Below the pieces are notes generated by a model. The model had not been told where the DNA came from, did not search any database, and saw only the letters and a list, made by a program, of their open reading frames with translations. The translations under genes were made by a program, and so were the position numbers. A stretch of 64,000 nucleotides of DNA from Bacteroidales bacterium (GTDB lineage: Bacteria > Bacteroidota > Bacteroidia > Bacteroidales > WCHB1-69): assembly GCA_024400835.1 (NCBI GenBank), contig JAKSMC010000011.1:572-64571 (forward strand), written 5' to 3'. Within the stretch, counting starts at the first letter, position 1; the number at the start of each line of letters is the position of its first letter. This document shows positions 54,256-63,312 of this stretch, in pieces.

Positions 54256-56115
54256 TTAGAACTGGAAGTAGATGAAAGGCTGGAGGTCGGCGGTGACGAA
54301 TTGGTAGAGCACGAAGATGGTGGCCACAACGACAATGCCCATAAGCCAAATCGGCATCAAGGCGAAATTGACGCGGTACCAGCGCTTGAAATGTTCAGGC
54401 AGCCAGTGGATGATCATGCCCACCACGAAGAGGGTGAACACTGGCCAGTAGTTGCTCAGGATTTCGGGAATGGCGGCGGTGTTCCAGTGCCCGCCGATAC
54501 TGTTGACCATGGCTTTGGCCGTGTTCCAGGCCGTCTCGTTGGCAATGGCCGGGTCTAAGTTGGAACCCGAACGGAAGAACAAACGGGTGAAGGATATGAA
54601 CACGAAGGTCATGAATATGTTCCAACTGTTGTTGAGCCAGGGAATGTCGCGATTGGGCCAGATGGCGGAGTAGAGGCAGCGCACAAGCGCGCCGAAGAAG
54701 AATACGCCGGACCAAACCGTGAAAATCATCAGCACGGGACTCGGCCAGAAGTAGTTGCAGGCAAAGAATGCTGCAAAGATGAGCCCTGAGACGAGGCTGC
54801 GCAACCACTGCTTGAAGTGACGCCAGATCTTGAATCCCAAAATACCTACGCCGTTAAGCCCGCCCCAAATCATGAAGTTCCAGGAAGCACCGTGCCACAA
54901 GCCTCCCAGTAACATCGTGTTCAGCATATTGATGTTGGTGCTGATCTTAAGCCGCGCACGCTTGCTGGCCAGAGAGACTATCGTCAGGATGACGGCCAAA
55001 GCGGCAATCACACTGGCCACAACCACACTCTTGGAGAGCATAATGATGACGAATGCGATGAACAGAATGCAGAAGTAGGTGCCGAAGGTGGCATTGCGGT
55101 TGCCGCCTAACGGAATGTACAGATAGTCCTGCAGCCATTTGGAGAGGGAGATGTGCCATCTCTTCCAGAAGTTGCTCGGAGAGTCGGCCTTGTACGGGGA
55201 GTTGAAGTTCTTGGGCAGGTAGAAACCCATCAACATGGCCACGCCGATGGCGATGTCCGTGTAGCCCGAGAAGTCGGCATAGACTTGCAGTGAATAGATG
55301 AACAGCGCGGATAGGTTCTCGAATGCCGTGTATAACGACGGGTTGTTGAACACGCGGTCCACGAAGTTGACGGCTAAATAGTCGCTCATTATGAGTTTCT
55401 TGGCCAAGCCGTTCAGGATCCAGAAGACGGCGATGCCGAACTGTCGGCGGCTGAGGAAGAACTTCTTGTAGAGTTGCGGCACGAACTGGTCGGCGCGGAT
55501 AATCGGACCTGCCACGAGCTGTGGGAAGAAGCTGACGTAGAAGCCGAAGTCGAGCACATTGGAGACGTGCTTGATCTTCTTTTTGTAAACATCTACCAAA
55601 TAACTGATGTTCTGGAAGGTGTAGAACGAGATGCCGACGGGAAGCAGGATTTTGGATGCGTCGAAGTAGTTCTTGCCGGTGAGGTCGTTGGTCCACTGGG
55701 CCAGCCAGTTGATGACCTCGTATTTGCTGCCTACAATAGTATTATAGGCGTCGGTGAAGAAGTAGGCGTATTTGAAATAGAAGAGAACCAGCAGGTTGAC
55801 GACGACACCGAATATCATGTGGAATTTGCGGGCGCCCTGCCGTTTGGAATGGTCCATGAAGCAGCCGAGCAGGTAGTCTAAGATGGTGTCGAAGATGAGG
55901 ATGAGGACGAAGAGGCCGGAAGTCTTGTAGTAGAAGAAAATGCTGGCGAAGAACAGGAAGCCGTTGCGGAGCAGACGCTTGCTGTGGAAGAGGGAGAACA
56001 CGGCGAACACGAGGGCGAAGAATGCCCAGAAGTTGAACTGCGTGAACAGCAGGGGATATTGCTCGTTGAACGAGAATATGCTGGTTAGGAAAATCTTAAT
56101 GTTATCTAATGTCAT
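54256..56115 (-). CDS. MBOAT-family membrane O-acyltransferase (AlgI/PatA/DltB-like) with extended C-terminus
   Basis: Polytopic. FYTFQNISYLVDVY, FFPQLVAGPI, DFSGYTDIAIG, FWKRWHISLSKWLQDYLYIPLGGNR (conserved His). Confidence 0.85.
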   Translation of the reverse strand: MTLDNIKIFLTSIFSFNEQYPLLFTQFNFWAFFALVFAVFSLFHSKRLLRNGFLFFASIFFYYKTSGLFVLILIFDTILDYLLGCFMDHSKRQGARKFHMIFGVVVNLLVLFYFKYAYFFTDAYNTIVGSKYEVINWLAQWTNDLTGKNYFDASKILLPVGISFYTFQNISYLVDVYKKKIKHVSNVLDFGFYVSFFPQLVAGPIIRADQFVPQLYKKFFLSRRQFGIAVFWILNGLAKKLIMSDYLAVNFVDRVFNNPSLYTAFENLSALFIYSLQVYADFSGYTDIAIGVAMLMGFYLPKNFNSPYKADSPSNFWKRWHISLSKWLQDYLYIPLGGNRNATFGTYFCILFIAFVIIMLSKSVVVASVIAALAVILTIVSLASKRARLKISTNINMLNTMLLGGLWHGASWNFMIWGGLNGVGILGFKIWRHFKQWLRSLVSGLIFAAFFACNYFWPSPVLMIFTVWSGVFFFGALVRCLYSAIWPNRDIPWLNNSWNIFMTFVFISFTRLFFRSGSNLDPAIANETAWNTAKAMVNSIGGHWNTAAIPEILSNYWPVFTLFVVGMIIHWLPEHFKRWYRVNFALMPIWLMGIVVVATIFVLYQFVTADLQPFIYFQF

Positions 56116-57445
56116 CCGTATTCTGTTTTATTTCTCTGATAAATGCATCGTAGAATAGGTCTCCGATGAGGTTGTATCCCGATGCGGTGAAGTGCACGCG
56201 GTCTTTCTGGGCCAGTCCTTTTTTGCGCCAGGTCTCCATTGACTTCAGCCCGCCCATAATGTGGAACTGGTCCCAGACGGCGCCACCGGTGAGGTCGGCG
56301 AGGCGGTACATCACGTCGGCCACGTCAGGCCCGGTGGGGTTGACGTAGTAGTGGTTTTTGCGGCCGCGTTTCCAGGTGTCGTTGTTGGAGAAGAATATGA
56401 AGGCGCAGTCGGGATTGGCTTCCCGAATCTGCCGTACTAATTTCAAGTAGTTGTTTTTGAACGTCACGGAGTCGAAACTGCTGCCATAGGCGTCATTCAC
56501 GCCGATGCCGAAGATGACGAGGTCCGGTTGGAGCAGTTTCATGTCGCGGGCGAAGTTTTGGCAGCGCAGGTAGGAACCTGTTTGGGCGCCGTTCACACCG
56601 ATGGACGACAGGGTGATGCCGGGGCGTTCGTTTTTCAGCAGGATGCCGTTTACGACGAAGGTGTCGCCCTTGCTGCAGGGGAAATATAGCGTGAAGTCTT
56701 TGATTTTCTTGTCGAAGTAGAAGAAGTATCTGCCGTTGTCTAAGTCAATGCTGTCGGGAAAGTGGTAGATGGTGTCCTCTTTGAGGATGGGGTCGATGGG
56801 CCAGCCGTGGGCACTGCCGAGCAGGATGACGGTGTCGGCCACAAAGTCGTAGCCTTCGGCGTTCATCTTCACAGTTATGGAATTTAGGACGTCGGCGTTC
56901 CAGACTGCGATGCCGCTGCCGCCGAGCGGGAAGGTATGGTTTTGATAGACGTTACGGATGAGGTTGAACTGCTGGTCTTTGGAAATGCGGTAGTCGTGCG
57001 GGTTGTTGCAGTTGGCCGCGGCGGAGTAGGGGAAGATGAGCCCTCGGGAGGCGGGTGGCTCCCCGAATTCGTCCAACAGGTGCTTGCGAATGCGGTGCGT
57101 CATCGTGCCGGCCTGCACGTGCGAGCCGCCGATGTGCAGGATGTTGAGGTTGCCCTGCTTGGTCTTCAGCAACTGGTCTAACCTTTCGTAGAAGTGCACC
57201 AAGGTCATGCTGTCACGGCCCCAGTATAGGGTGTCTTCGTCCAAATGGATGTAGGTTTCCTCTTCGGCGGAGTCGAGTTCGCCATTCGACACAGTGTCTG
57301 TGACAATGGTATCAACGGCCACGGTGTCCGTGAACGTAGGGATTTCCGGGATGGAATCAGGCTGCGTCAAGTCCACTTGGGCGAAGGAGGAGAGAGCTCC
57401 GAACAGAAATAATGCGAGGGTGATTATTTGGCGGAGGCGTTCCAT
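56102..57445 (-). CDS. Secreted SGNH/GDSL-type hydrolase or acyltransferase
   Basis: Signal peptide. NILHIGGSHVQAG (block I-like), VIFGIGVNDA (block III), DRVHFTASGY (block V). Confidence 0.65.
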   Translation of the reverse strand: MERLRQIITLALFLFGALSSFAQVDLTQPDSIPEIPTFTDTVAVDTIVTDTVSNGELDSAEEETYIHLDEDTLYWGRDSMTLVHFYERLDQLLKTKQGNLNILHIGGSHVQAGTMTHRIRKHLLDEFGEPPASRGLIFPYSAAANCNNPHDYRISKDQQFNLIRNVYQNHTFPLGGSGIAVWNADVLNSITVKMNAEGYDFVADTVILLGSAHGWPIDPILKEDTIYHFPDSIDLDNGRYFFYFDKKIKDFTLYFPCSKGDTFVVNGILLKNERPGITLSSIGVNGAQTGSYLRCQNFARDMKLLQPDLVIFGIGVNDAYGSSFDSVTFKNNYLKLVRQIREANPDCAFIFFSNNDTWKRGRKNHYYVNPTGPDVADVMYRLADLTGGAVWDQFHIMGGLKSMETWRKKGLAQKDRVHFTASGYNLIGDLFYDAFIREIKQNTDDIR

Positions 57446-58854
57446 AGGGTGTCGAATTGTTGTTTAGGCATGTTTTTACGCGTACGGTAGAATTCGTACA
57501 TAGTGGCGAAGTTGTTGGCGAGGATTTTGCCAACCTTGCGTGCGCCGGCAGGAGTGAAGTGCACATAGTCGGGCCCTGCGAGGCCGTTCTGCACCCAGGC
57601 CACCATCGAGTTCTGACCGCCCATCACCTCGTAGAGGTCCCAGTAGGCGGCGTGGTTGCGCAGGGATATGGTCCGCAGGCTGTCGATAAGCTGCGGCAGC
57701 ATCGGATAGGTGCGGAGGGTGCCGCCCTTGCGGGTGCTCATATCGGAAGGGCCGATGAAGAGCAGCGTCGCTGCGGGATAGCAGCGCTTGATGCGCTTAA
57801 TCTGCTTGTCGATGCTGGTGCAGTAGTTGTCCAGTGACTTTTGGTTGTAGATGGAAGGCACGGAGTTGCCGCCGAATTGCAGGATGATCATGCCGACGTT
57901 GGCCTGCTGGTAGCTGGTGCGCAGCAGGGTGTCGGTAATCATAGTGAACTGGTTGCCGGATGAGCCACGGAGCGGGATGTTATCGACAGCGACGCCGTAG
58001 CCGTTGTCCAGCATGATGCCGTAGATGTCGGCCGTGCCCTGCATAGAGATTTGCAGCGAGGTGGTGGCTGTGTCGAGCATCCAGTGACAGGTGTGCACGC
58101 CGGCCTGGCCGTTGGTTTGCGTCTCGTGATAGCCTCGGATTCGGTCTTTGAGCGTGGCCGAGAAGTTGCCGTTATGGTCGTTGTAGAGCAGCGTGATGTT
58201 GGAGAACTTCTTCACCCGAGGGTCGGTGTCTTTGTGCCTGGAGGCGTTGGCCCCGAAGGTCGCGCTGCCGGTGAGTCGGTAGCACTTGGCCATGAGACCG
58301 TAGTTGCCTTTGCAGCGGGCACCGTCGCCGTATGAGGAGTACAACGTGAGCGCACCGGAGGCGTATTGGCTGACGGCAAAGGACGGGATGGTCTGGATAA
58401 CAGGCACCATTCCAGGACCGCCGCCGCCGAAAGTAGATTGGAAGAATGTACGGATGTTGTTGGAAATACGGTCCATCTCGATTTGCGAGTCACCGTAGTG
58501 CAGGATGCGCACAACTTCCTCATTGCCCTTGGCCTGTGCCATGCGGGCGAACATCTTGTCGAAAAAGGTGACGTCGTTGTTGGGCAGGTAGAAATGACCG
58601 GTCTGTTCGGTCAAAACGGCCTTATACTGTTCCAACGTGTCCTTCAGGTCGTTGAGGTGCTTCAGCTCCACGGAGTCGAGCTCTTCTTTGATTTCGACTT
58701 TCGGGGTGGAATGGCTGACGAGGACTTCTTCCATAGAAGGGAAGCGAATCTCTGTTTTTCCGAGTGTGATGCCATCTTTGGGATAAAAGTAGCAAATAGC
58801 ACCTAAAGCGCTGATAACGAGTATGATGAAAATTAATATTTTATATGGTTTCAT
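57424..58854 (-). CDS. Membrane-anchored SGNH/GDSL-type hydrolase or acyltransferase
   Basis: Start at MKPYKILIFIILVISALG (58854), 30 nt downstream of a TACCTTTG box. RILHYGDSQIEMD, IILQFGGNS, DYVHFTPAGA. Confidence 0.65.
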   Translation of the reverse strand: MKPYKILIFIILVISALGAICYFYPKDGITLGKTEIRFPSMEEVLVSHSTPKVEIKEELDSVELKHLNDLKDTLEQYKAVLTEQTGHFYLPNNDVTFFDKMFARMAQAKGNEEVVRILHYGDSQIEMDRISNNIRTFFQSTFGGGGPGMVPVIQTIPSFAVSQYASGALTLYSSYGDGARCKGNYGLMAKCYRLTGSATFGANASRHKDTDPRVKKFSNITLLYNDHNGNFSATLKDRIRGYHETQTNGQAGVHTCHWMLDTATTSLQISMQGTADIYGIMLDNGYGVAVDNIPLRGSSGNQFTMITDTLLRTSYQQANVGMIILQFGGNSVPSIYNQKSLDNYCTSIDKQIKRIKRCYPAATLLFIGPSDMSTRKGGTLRTYPMLPQLIDSLRTISLRNHAAYWDLYEVMGGQNSMVAWVQNGLAGPDYVHFTPAGARKVGKILANNFATMYEFYRTRKNMPKQQFDTLWNASAK

Positions 58855-58883
58855 TCCTTTTGGAGGCCGATTTTTAAGGGGCG

Positions 58884-58891
58884 CAAAGGTA
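58884..58891 (-). promoter_or_regulatory. Bacteroidota -7 box for the SGNH-SGNH-MBOAT operon
   Basis: The minus strand reads TACCTTTG, 30 nt upstream of the ATG at 58854. Confidence 0.5.
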
Positions 58892-58932
58892 ATGTTTTTG
58901 AGTATAGATTTTTTATAAAAAAGCATTTTTTG

Positions 58933-58940
58933 TATTTTTG
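58933..58940 (+). promoter_or_regulatory. Bacteroidota -7 box for the large MscS-family gene
   Basis: TATTTTTG, 29 nt upstream of the ATG at 58969. Confidence 0.5.
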
Positions 58941-58968
58941 CGCCCTCAATTTTGTTAATCGTTTCTAT

Positions 58969-61614
58969 ATGAAAAAGATACTTGTTTTCGCACTGCTGTG
59001 CTTGTTTACTGTTTTCCAGGCTCATGCCGTCTTGAAAGAGAAAGACCTATCGCAGACTTTGGGCGTTTTGCGTGCCGAATTGGAACGTACGTATAGCGAA
59101 CAGAAGTCTATGATGGCCATGTTTGAAAAGAAAAACATGGAGCAGCACGCCAGCCTTATTCAGATGATGCAGAAAAGCAACCAGATAGCCTTGATGCTCT
59201 ATTCCCAGAATTCGGATTTCACGTTTGACATGACCTATGCCTGTCAGGCCGCCACCGAGCAGTATCGTTCGTTGAAGACGCACCACATGCCCTATGATAA
59301 GATGAAGGAGCGTATCAACGCTGAAATTGACAGATACGAAAGCCTTATCCAGGCCTTGCAGGACCTGCCGCCGCGCCTGCTGCCCAATGGCGAAATTGCC
59401 AAAGTGCCGGACTCTATCAAGGCCCTGTTGCCGAAAATGGTGCTCGACACTTCCAAGATGGCTCCATTCCTCTTGGACAAACAGGGACAGGAAGATCGCG
59501 ATGCCTGCTTGGATTATGCCAATGAAATTTTACAGAATTATCAGAAACTGCTTTTGGATATCACTCGTGACGAGGAACATTACGAACGCGTGATCAATAG
59601 GGTGGGAGAACTCAACACCTACGCGATGTCCAAGTACGAGAAAATCCAGAAAAGCATATTCGTAAACGGTAATGGCAACTATTTCAACACGATAAAGCGG
59701 TTGAAAATGCATATTATGCAGGCCAAACGCGATGCTGATGACAAGTACAAACCGTTGAAAAAGCGTTCGCAATGGCGCGGGCCCGTCATTATGGGTGTGA
59801 GCATTTTTATGCTCTTCTACATCTTGGTTGCCAGCCTGCTCAGTTATGTCATCGTACGTTGGCTGTTGCCTAAACGTGTTCGTGAAAAACTCGTTTCAAA
59901 GAAAAAACGCCCCTATCTGACATTGGCCTTCGGCGTTGCCATCTTTGCCATATCCATTATGGTTGCCAGTCGGTTTATGAAGCAGAACTTCGTGTTGATG
60001 GCCATTGATCTGATGATTATGTTCGCCTGGCTGCTCGAAGTGATCCTTATCTCACTGCTCATCCGACTGAATGACAAACAGATCCGTTCGGGCATCAGAG
60101 CATATGCCCCATTCCTGCTGATGGCCTTCCTGGTGATTGTCTTCCGTATCATCTTGATCCCCAACAATGTCGTAAACCTTATCTATCCTCCGATTTTGCT
60201 GCTGTTTACAATCTGGCAGATTGCCATCTTGAGGGGCAGACTCGAGAAACTGCCCGACAGCGATATGATCTACACGGTCATCTCCTTAATTGCGATGATA
60301 GTGGCTTGCGTGGCCTCTTGGCTCGGTTATGTCTTGATGGCTGTCGAGATTATGGTGTGGTGGACCATCCAGTTGGCTGCCATTCAGACCATCACCTGTT
60401 TCTATGATTTGGCGAAGATGTATGAATCCAAACATCTGGTGCGGAAAATTGCCGAGGAGAAGGATATTCCTGTTGCCAATAAGAGTGAATACGATAAACT
60501 CTATAAGAAAATCCAACCGAAGATGGCCAAAGGCGAATATATCGGACAGACTTGGTTCTATGACTTCCTGTTCAAGGCAGCTCTGCCGGTGGCTGCTGTG
60601 CTTTCCGTGCTGCTCAGTATCTATTGGGCTGCCAGCATTTTCGAAATGACCTCGTTCTGCCGCAAGATCTTCCTTTTTGTGTTCTTGAACAAACCGGGCG
60701 TCATCCAGCTCTCCTTGTACAAGATATGTTTGGTCGTGGCACTGTTCTTCATATTCAAATATATAAATTATGCATTAAAGGCATTCTACCAACTCTTCAA
60801 GAAACGCAGAATGAAGGATATTCACTCGCCGAACAATCTGACGTTGGCCAACAACATCATTTCCATTTTGGTGTGGGGCATCTACGTGGTTTGTGCCTTG
60901 ATTCTGCTACAGGTGCCGAGAGGCGGCATCTCCATCGTGATGGCTGGTTTGGCTACCGGTCTCGGTTTCGCTATGAAGGACCTGCTTGAGAACTTCATCT
61001 ACGGACTTTCCCTGATGTCCGGACGTGTGCGTGTCGGCGACTACATCGAATGTGACGGCGTGCAGGGCAAAGTCGAAAGCATCAACTATCAGAGTACGCA
61101 GATTGTGACTTTGGACGGCTGCGTGATTGCCTTCTTGAACACATCGTTGTTCAACAAGAACTTCAAGAACCTGACGCGCAATCATGGCTATGTCCTGGCG
61201 AAGATTCCAGTGGGCGTGGCGTACGGCGTGAATGTCGACAAAGTACGTGCCATGTTGCTCAAGGCCATCCAACCGCTGTTGGTGAAGAACTCCGTGGGCA
61301 AGAACATCGTCGATATGAAGCAGGGCGTGAGCGTGACATTCTCAGATTTCGGAGAAAGCAGCGTGGACCTCTTCGTGGTCTGCTGGGTTTTGGTGGAAGA
61401 GAAAATCTCCTTCGTGGCCAAGGTCAATGAGGTGATTTACAACACACTCAACAGAAACAATGTCGAAATCCCGTTCCCGCAGCACGATGTGTACGTCAGA
61501 CATATTGAAATGCCCAAAAACAAGGCCGTACAACCCGCCGAACCTGCTGAGAGAAATGAACACAGAAGAAGACGGAATGCCGATAAACAGGGCGAAACTG
61601 ATGTTGAAAAATAA
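58969..61614 (+). CDS. Large MscS-family mechanosensitive channel (MscK/KefA-like)
   Basis: Signal peptide, coiled-coil periplasmic domain, ~10 TM helices, and an MscS core GLGFAMKDLLENFIYGLSLMSGRVRVGDYIECDGVQGKVESINYQSTQIVTLDG. Confidence 0.85.
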   Translation: MKKILVFALLCLFTVFQAHAVLKEKDLSQTLGVLRAELERTYSEQKSMMAMFEKKNMEQHASLIQMMQKSNQIALMLYSQNSDFTFDMTYACQAATEQYRSLKTHHMPYDKMKERINAEIDRYESLIQALQDLPPRLLPNGEIAKVPDSIKALLPKMVLDTSKMAPFLLDKQGQEDRDACLDYANEILQNYQKLLLDITRDEEHYERVINRVGELNTYAMSKYEKIQKSIFVNGNGNYFNTIKRLKMHIMQAKRDADDKYKPLKKRSQWRGPVIMGVSIFMLFYILVASLLSYVIVRWLLPKRVREKLVSKKKRPYLTLAFGVAIFAISIMVASRFMKQNFVLMAIDLMIMFAWLLEVILISLLIRLNDKQIRSGIRAYAPFLLMAFLVIVFRIILIPNNVVNLIYPPILLLFTIWQIAILRGRLEKLPDSDMIYTVISLIAMIVACVASWLGYVLMAVEIMVWWTIQLAAIQTITCFYDLAKMYESKHLVRKIAEEKDIPVANKSEYDKLYKKIQPKMAKGEYIGQTWFYDFLFKAALPVAAVLSVLLSIYWAASIFEMTSFCRKIFLFVFLNKPGVIQLSLYKICLVVALFFIFKYINYALKAFYQLFKKRRMKDIHSPNNLTLANNIISILVWGIYVVCALILLQVPRGGISIVMAGLATGLGFAMKDLLENFIYGLSLMSGRVRVGDYIECDGVQGKVESINYQSTQIVTLDGCVIAFLNTSLFNKNFKNLTRNHGYVLAKIPVGVAYGVNVDKVRAMLLKAIQPLLVKNSVGKNIVDMKQGVSVTFSDFGESSVDLFVVCWVLVEEKISFVAKVNEVIYNTLNRNNVEIPFPQHDVYVRHIEMPKNKAVQPAEPAERNEHRRRRNADKQGETDVEK

Positions 61615-61650
61615 AATTGTACAGGCACTTGAACATTTCCAAAAAAAGTG

Positions 61651-61658
61651 TACTTTTG
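61651..61658 (+). promoter_or_regulatory. Bacteroidota -7 box upstream of rpsT
   Basis: TACTTTTG, followed by a purine-rich leader to the ATG at 61712. Confidence 0.5.
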
Positions 61659-61711
61659 CCGCCCGAAAAAAAAGAAAGTAAAAAAATAATAAATCAAAGA
61701 AAGAGAAAGAA

Positions 61712-61963
61712 ATGGCAAACCACAAGTCATCTATCAAAAGAATTAGAGCAAACGAAAAGAAGAGATTAGAAAACCGTTATTATTCCAAGACCATGCGCAA
61801 CGCTCTTCGCGACATCCGCGCTATCGAAGATAAGAACGAAGCTATGCAGAAGTTGTCCTCTATGACAGCTATGATCGACAAACTCGCTAAGAGAGGTATG
61901 ATCCACAAAAACAAAGCTGCCAACCTCAAATCTGGTCTCGCTAAGAAAATCAACGCTCTCTAA
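61712..61963 (+). CDS. rpsT: 30S ribosomal protein S20
   Basis: [33 protein letters not shown]... Confidence 0.95.
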   Translation: MANHKSSIKRIRANEKKRLENRYYSKTMRNALRDIRAIEDKNEAMQKLSSMTAMIDKLAKRGMIHKNKAANLKSGLAKKINAL

Positions 61964-61993
61964 TAGATTGAGATTTTTCTGAAAACAACATAC

Positions 61994-62018
61994 GGAGGCC
62001 CTCAACAAGCCTCCTTTT
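61994..62018 (+). terminator. Rho-independent terminator after rpsT
   Basis: GGAGGCcctcaacaaGCCTCCtttt. Confidence 0.7.
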
Positions 62019-62024
62019 CTACTT

Positions 62025-62459
62025 ATGAATATCCCAAACGAGTCATACAAGTTCTCCGTGCCCATTCAGGTTCGCATGAGTGATCTGGACCCGTTTGCCC
62101 ACGTGAACAACGGCGCGCAATGCAACTATTTCGACTTCGGCCGGAGTAGCTATTTCGAGCACGTCTTCAATGAGCCCGTCAATTGGCATACGATGGATAT
62201 GGTGCTCGTTCACGTGGAACTGGATTTCAAAGAGGGCATAGAATTCCATGACCAGATTGTCTGCGAATCCAAAGTGCTCTCCCTTGGTCAAAAAAGCGTT
62301 AAAATGATGCAGCAACTGCGGGACACGCGTACGGGCGTCGTCAAGACCACCTGCTACAGTGTCCTCGCCGGTTTTGACCGTGTGACTCATCTGTCTATCC
62401 CCATCCGCGATGAGTACAAACGCCTTTTCCGTGAATTCGAACAACTTCCTGATGATTAG
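62025..62459 (+). CDS. Acyl-CoA thioesterase, hotdog fold (4HBT/YbgC-like)
   Basis: FSVPIQVRMSDLDPFAHVNNGAQCNYFDFGRSSYFEHV. Confidence 0.72.
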   Translation: MNIPNESYKFSVPIQVRMSDLDPFAHVNNGAQCNYFDFGRSSYFEHVFNEPVNWHTMDMVLVHVELDFKEGIEFHDQIVCESKVLSLGQKSVKMMQQLRDTRTGVVKTTCYSVLAGFDRVTHLSIPIRDEYKRLFREFEQLPDD

Positions 62460-63198
62460 CAAAGGTAGGATTTCTGAAATTCGAAAGTTGCACTTGAAAA
62501 AGTTCCGCGACCAGGAAAAACTGTTTCTCGTCGAGGGCCGCAAGAGTGTGGAAATGCTTCTGGAATCGGATTTCCAAATCTGTGACATCTATGCCACGGA
62601 GAACTTCTATCAAGAACATCAGGGCATGTTCGGTAAGATGGCCGTCACGATGGTGAGCCTGCCGGAAATGGAGCGCATTAGCACGCTCAGCACGCCCCCG
62701 GAGTTGTTGGCTGTGGTCCGCCAGCGGCAGAATGCCCAGCCGATAGGGGAGCACGAGCCCGTGTTGGTGCTCGACCGTATCGCTGATCCCGGCAACCTCG
62801 GCACTATGGTGCGCACCGCCGACTGGTTCGGCATCCGCCACGTGGTCTGCTCGCCCGACTGTGTGGAGTTTTACAATCCCAAAACTATACAGTCCACAAT
62901 GGGCTCCTTCTGCCACGTGCAGGTACACGTTCGAGACTTGGTCGATTTCCTGAAAGCCAACAACGATCGTCGCGCTTTGGGCACTTTCTTGGGCGGTGAG
63001 TCAATTAACGAATTTGAATTTCATGATAATGATATAATCGTCATCGGTAGCGAGTCCAACGGCATTTCCGTCCCTGTTGCCGAATGCATCACGCACCGCA
63101 TTACCATCCCGCGCGGCCGTACGAACGGTCCTTCCGCTGAGTCGCTGAATGCCGCCGTGGCCGCCGCCATCGTGATGGAACGCTGGTCTGACCGTTGA
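62452..63198 (+). CDS. SpoU/TrmH-family RNA 2'-O-methyltransferase
   Basis: VLDRIADPGNLGTMVRTADWFG, IVIGSESNGIS, ESLNAAVAAAIVM. The ATG at 62452 overlaps the preceding stop by 8 nt. Confidence 0.8.
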   Translation: MISKGRISEIRKLHLKKFRDQEKLFLVEGRKSVEMLLESDFQICDIYATENFYQEHQGMFGKMAVTMVSLPEMERISTLSTPPELLAVVRQRQNAQPIGEHEPVLVLDRIADPGNLGTMVRTADWFGIRHVVCSPDCVEFYNPKTIQSTMGSFCHVQVHVRDLVDFLKANNDRRALGTFLGGESINEFEFHDNDIIVIGSESNGISVPVAECITHRITIPRGRTNGPSAESLNAAVAAAIVMERWSDR

Positions 63199-63277
63199 TT
63201 CCACAATGTTACCTCATTGAACATTGATATTGATTTTTTGATGCTACAGATATTGAAGTCCTACGGACTTCGGGGTG

Positions 63278-63305
63278 CTTGAAACCTGAAACTTGAAACT
63301 TGAAA
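63278..63305 (+). repeat. Four tandem 7-nt units (CTTGAAA/CCTGAAA) just upstream of nadE
   Basis: cttgaaa cctgaaa cttgaaa cttgaaa, ending 8 nt before the ATG at 63313. Confidence 0.6.
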
Positions 63306-63312
63306 CCACATT

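Noticed and set aside
54947-55696. 249-aa alternative-frame ORF inside the MBOAT gene
   Set aside because: It is an Arg/Pro/Leu-rich out-of-frame product of a GC-rich region. The MBOAT frame carries the conserved His and family motifs.
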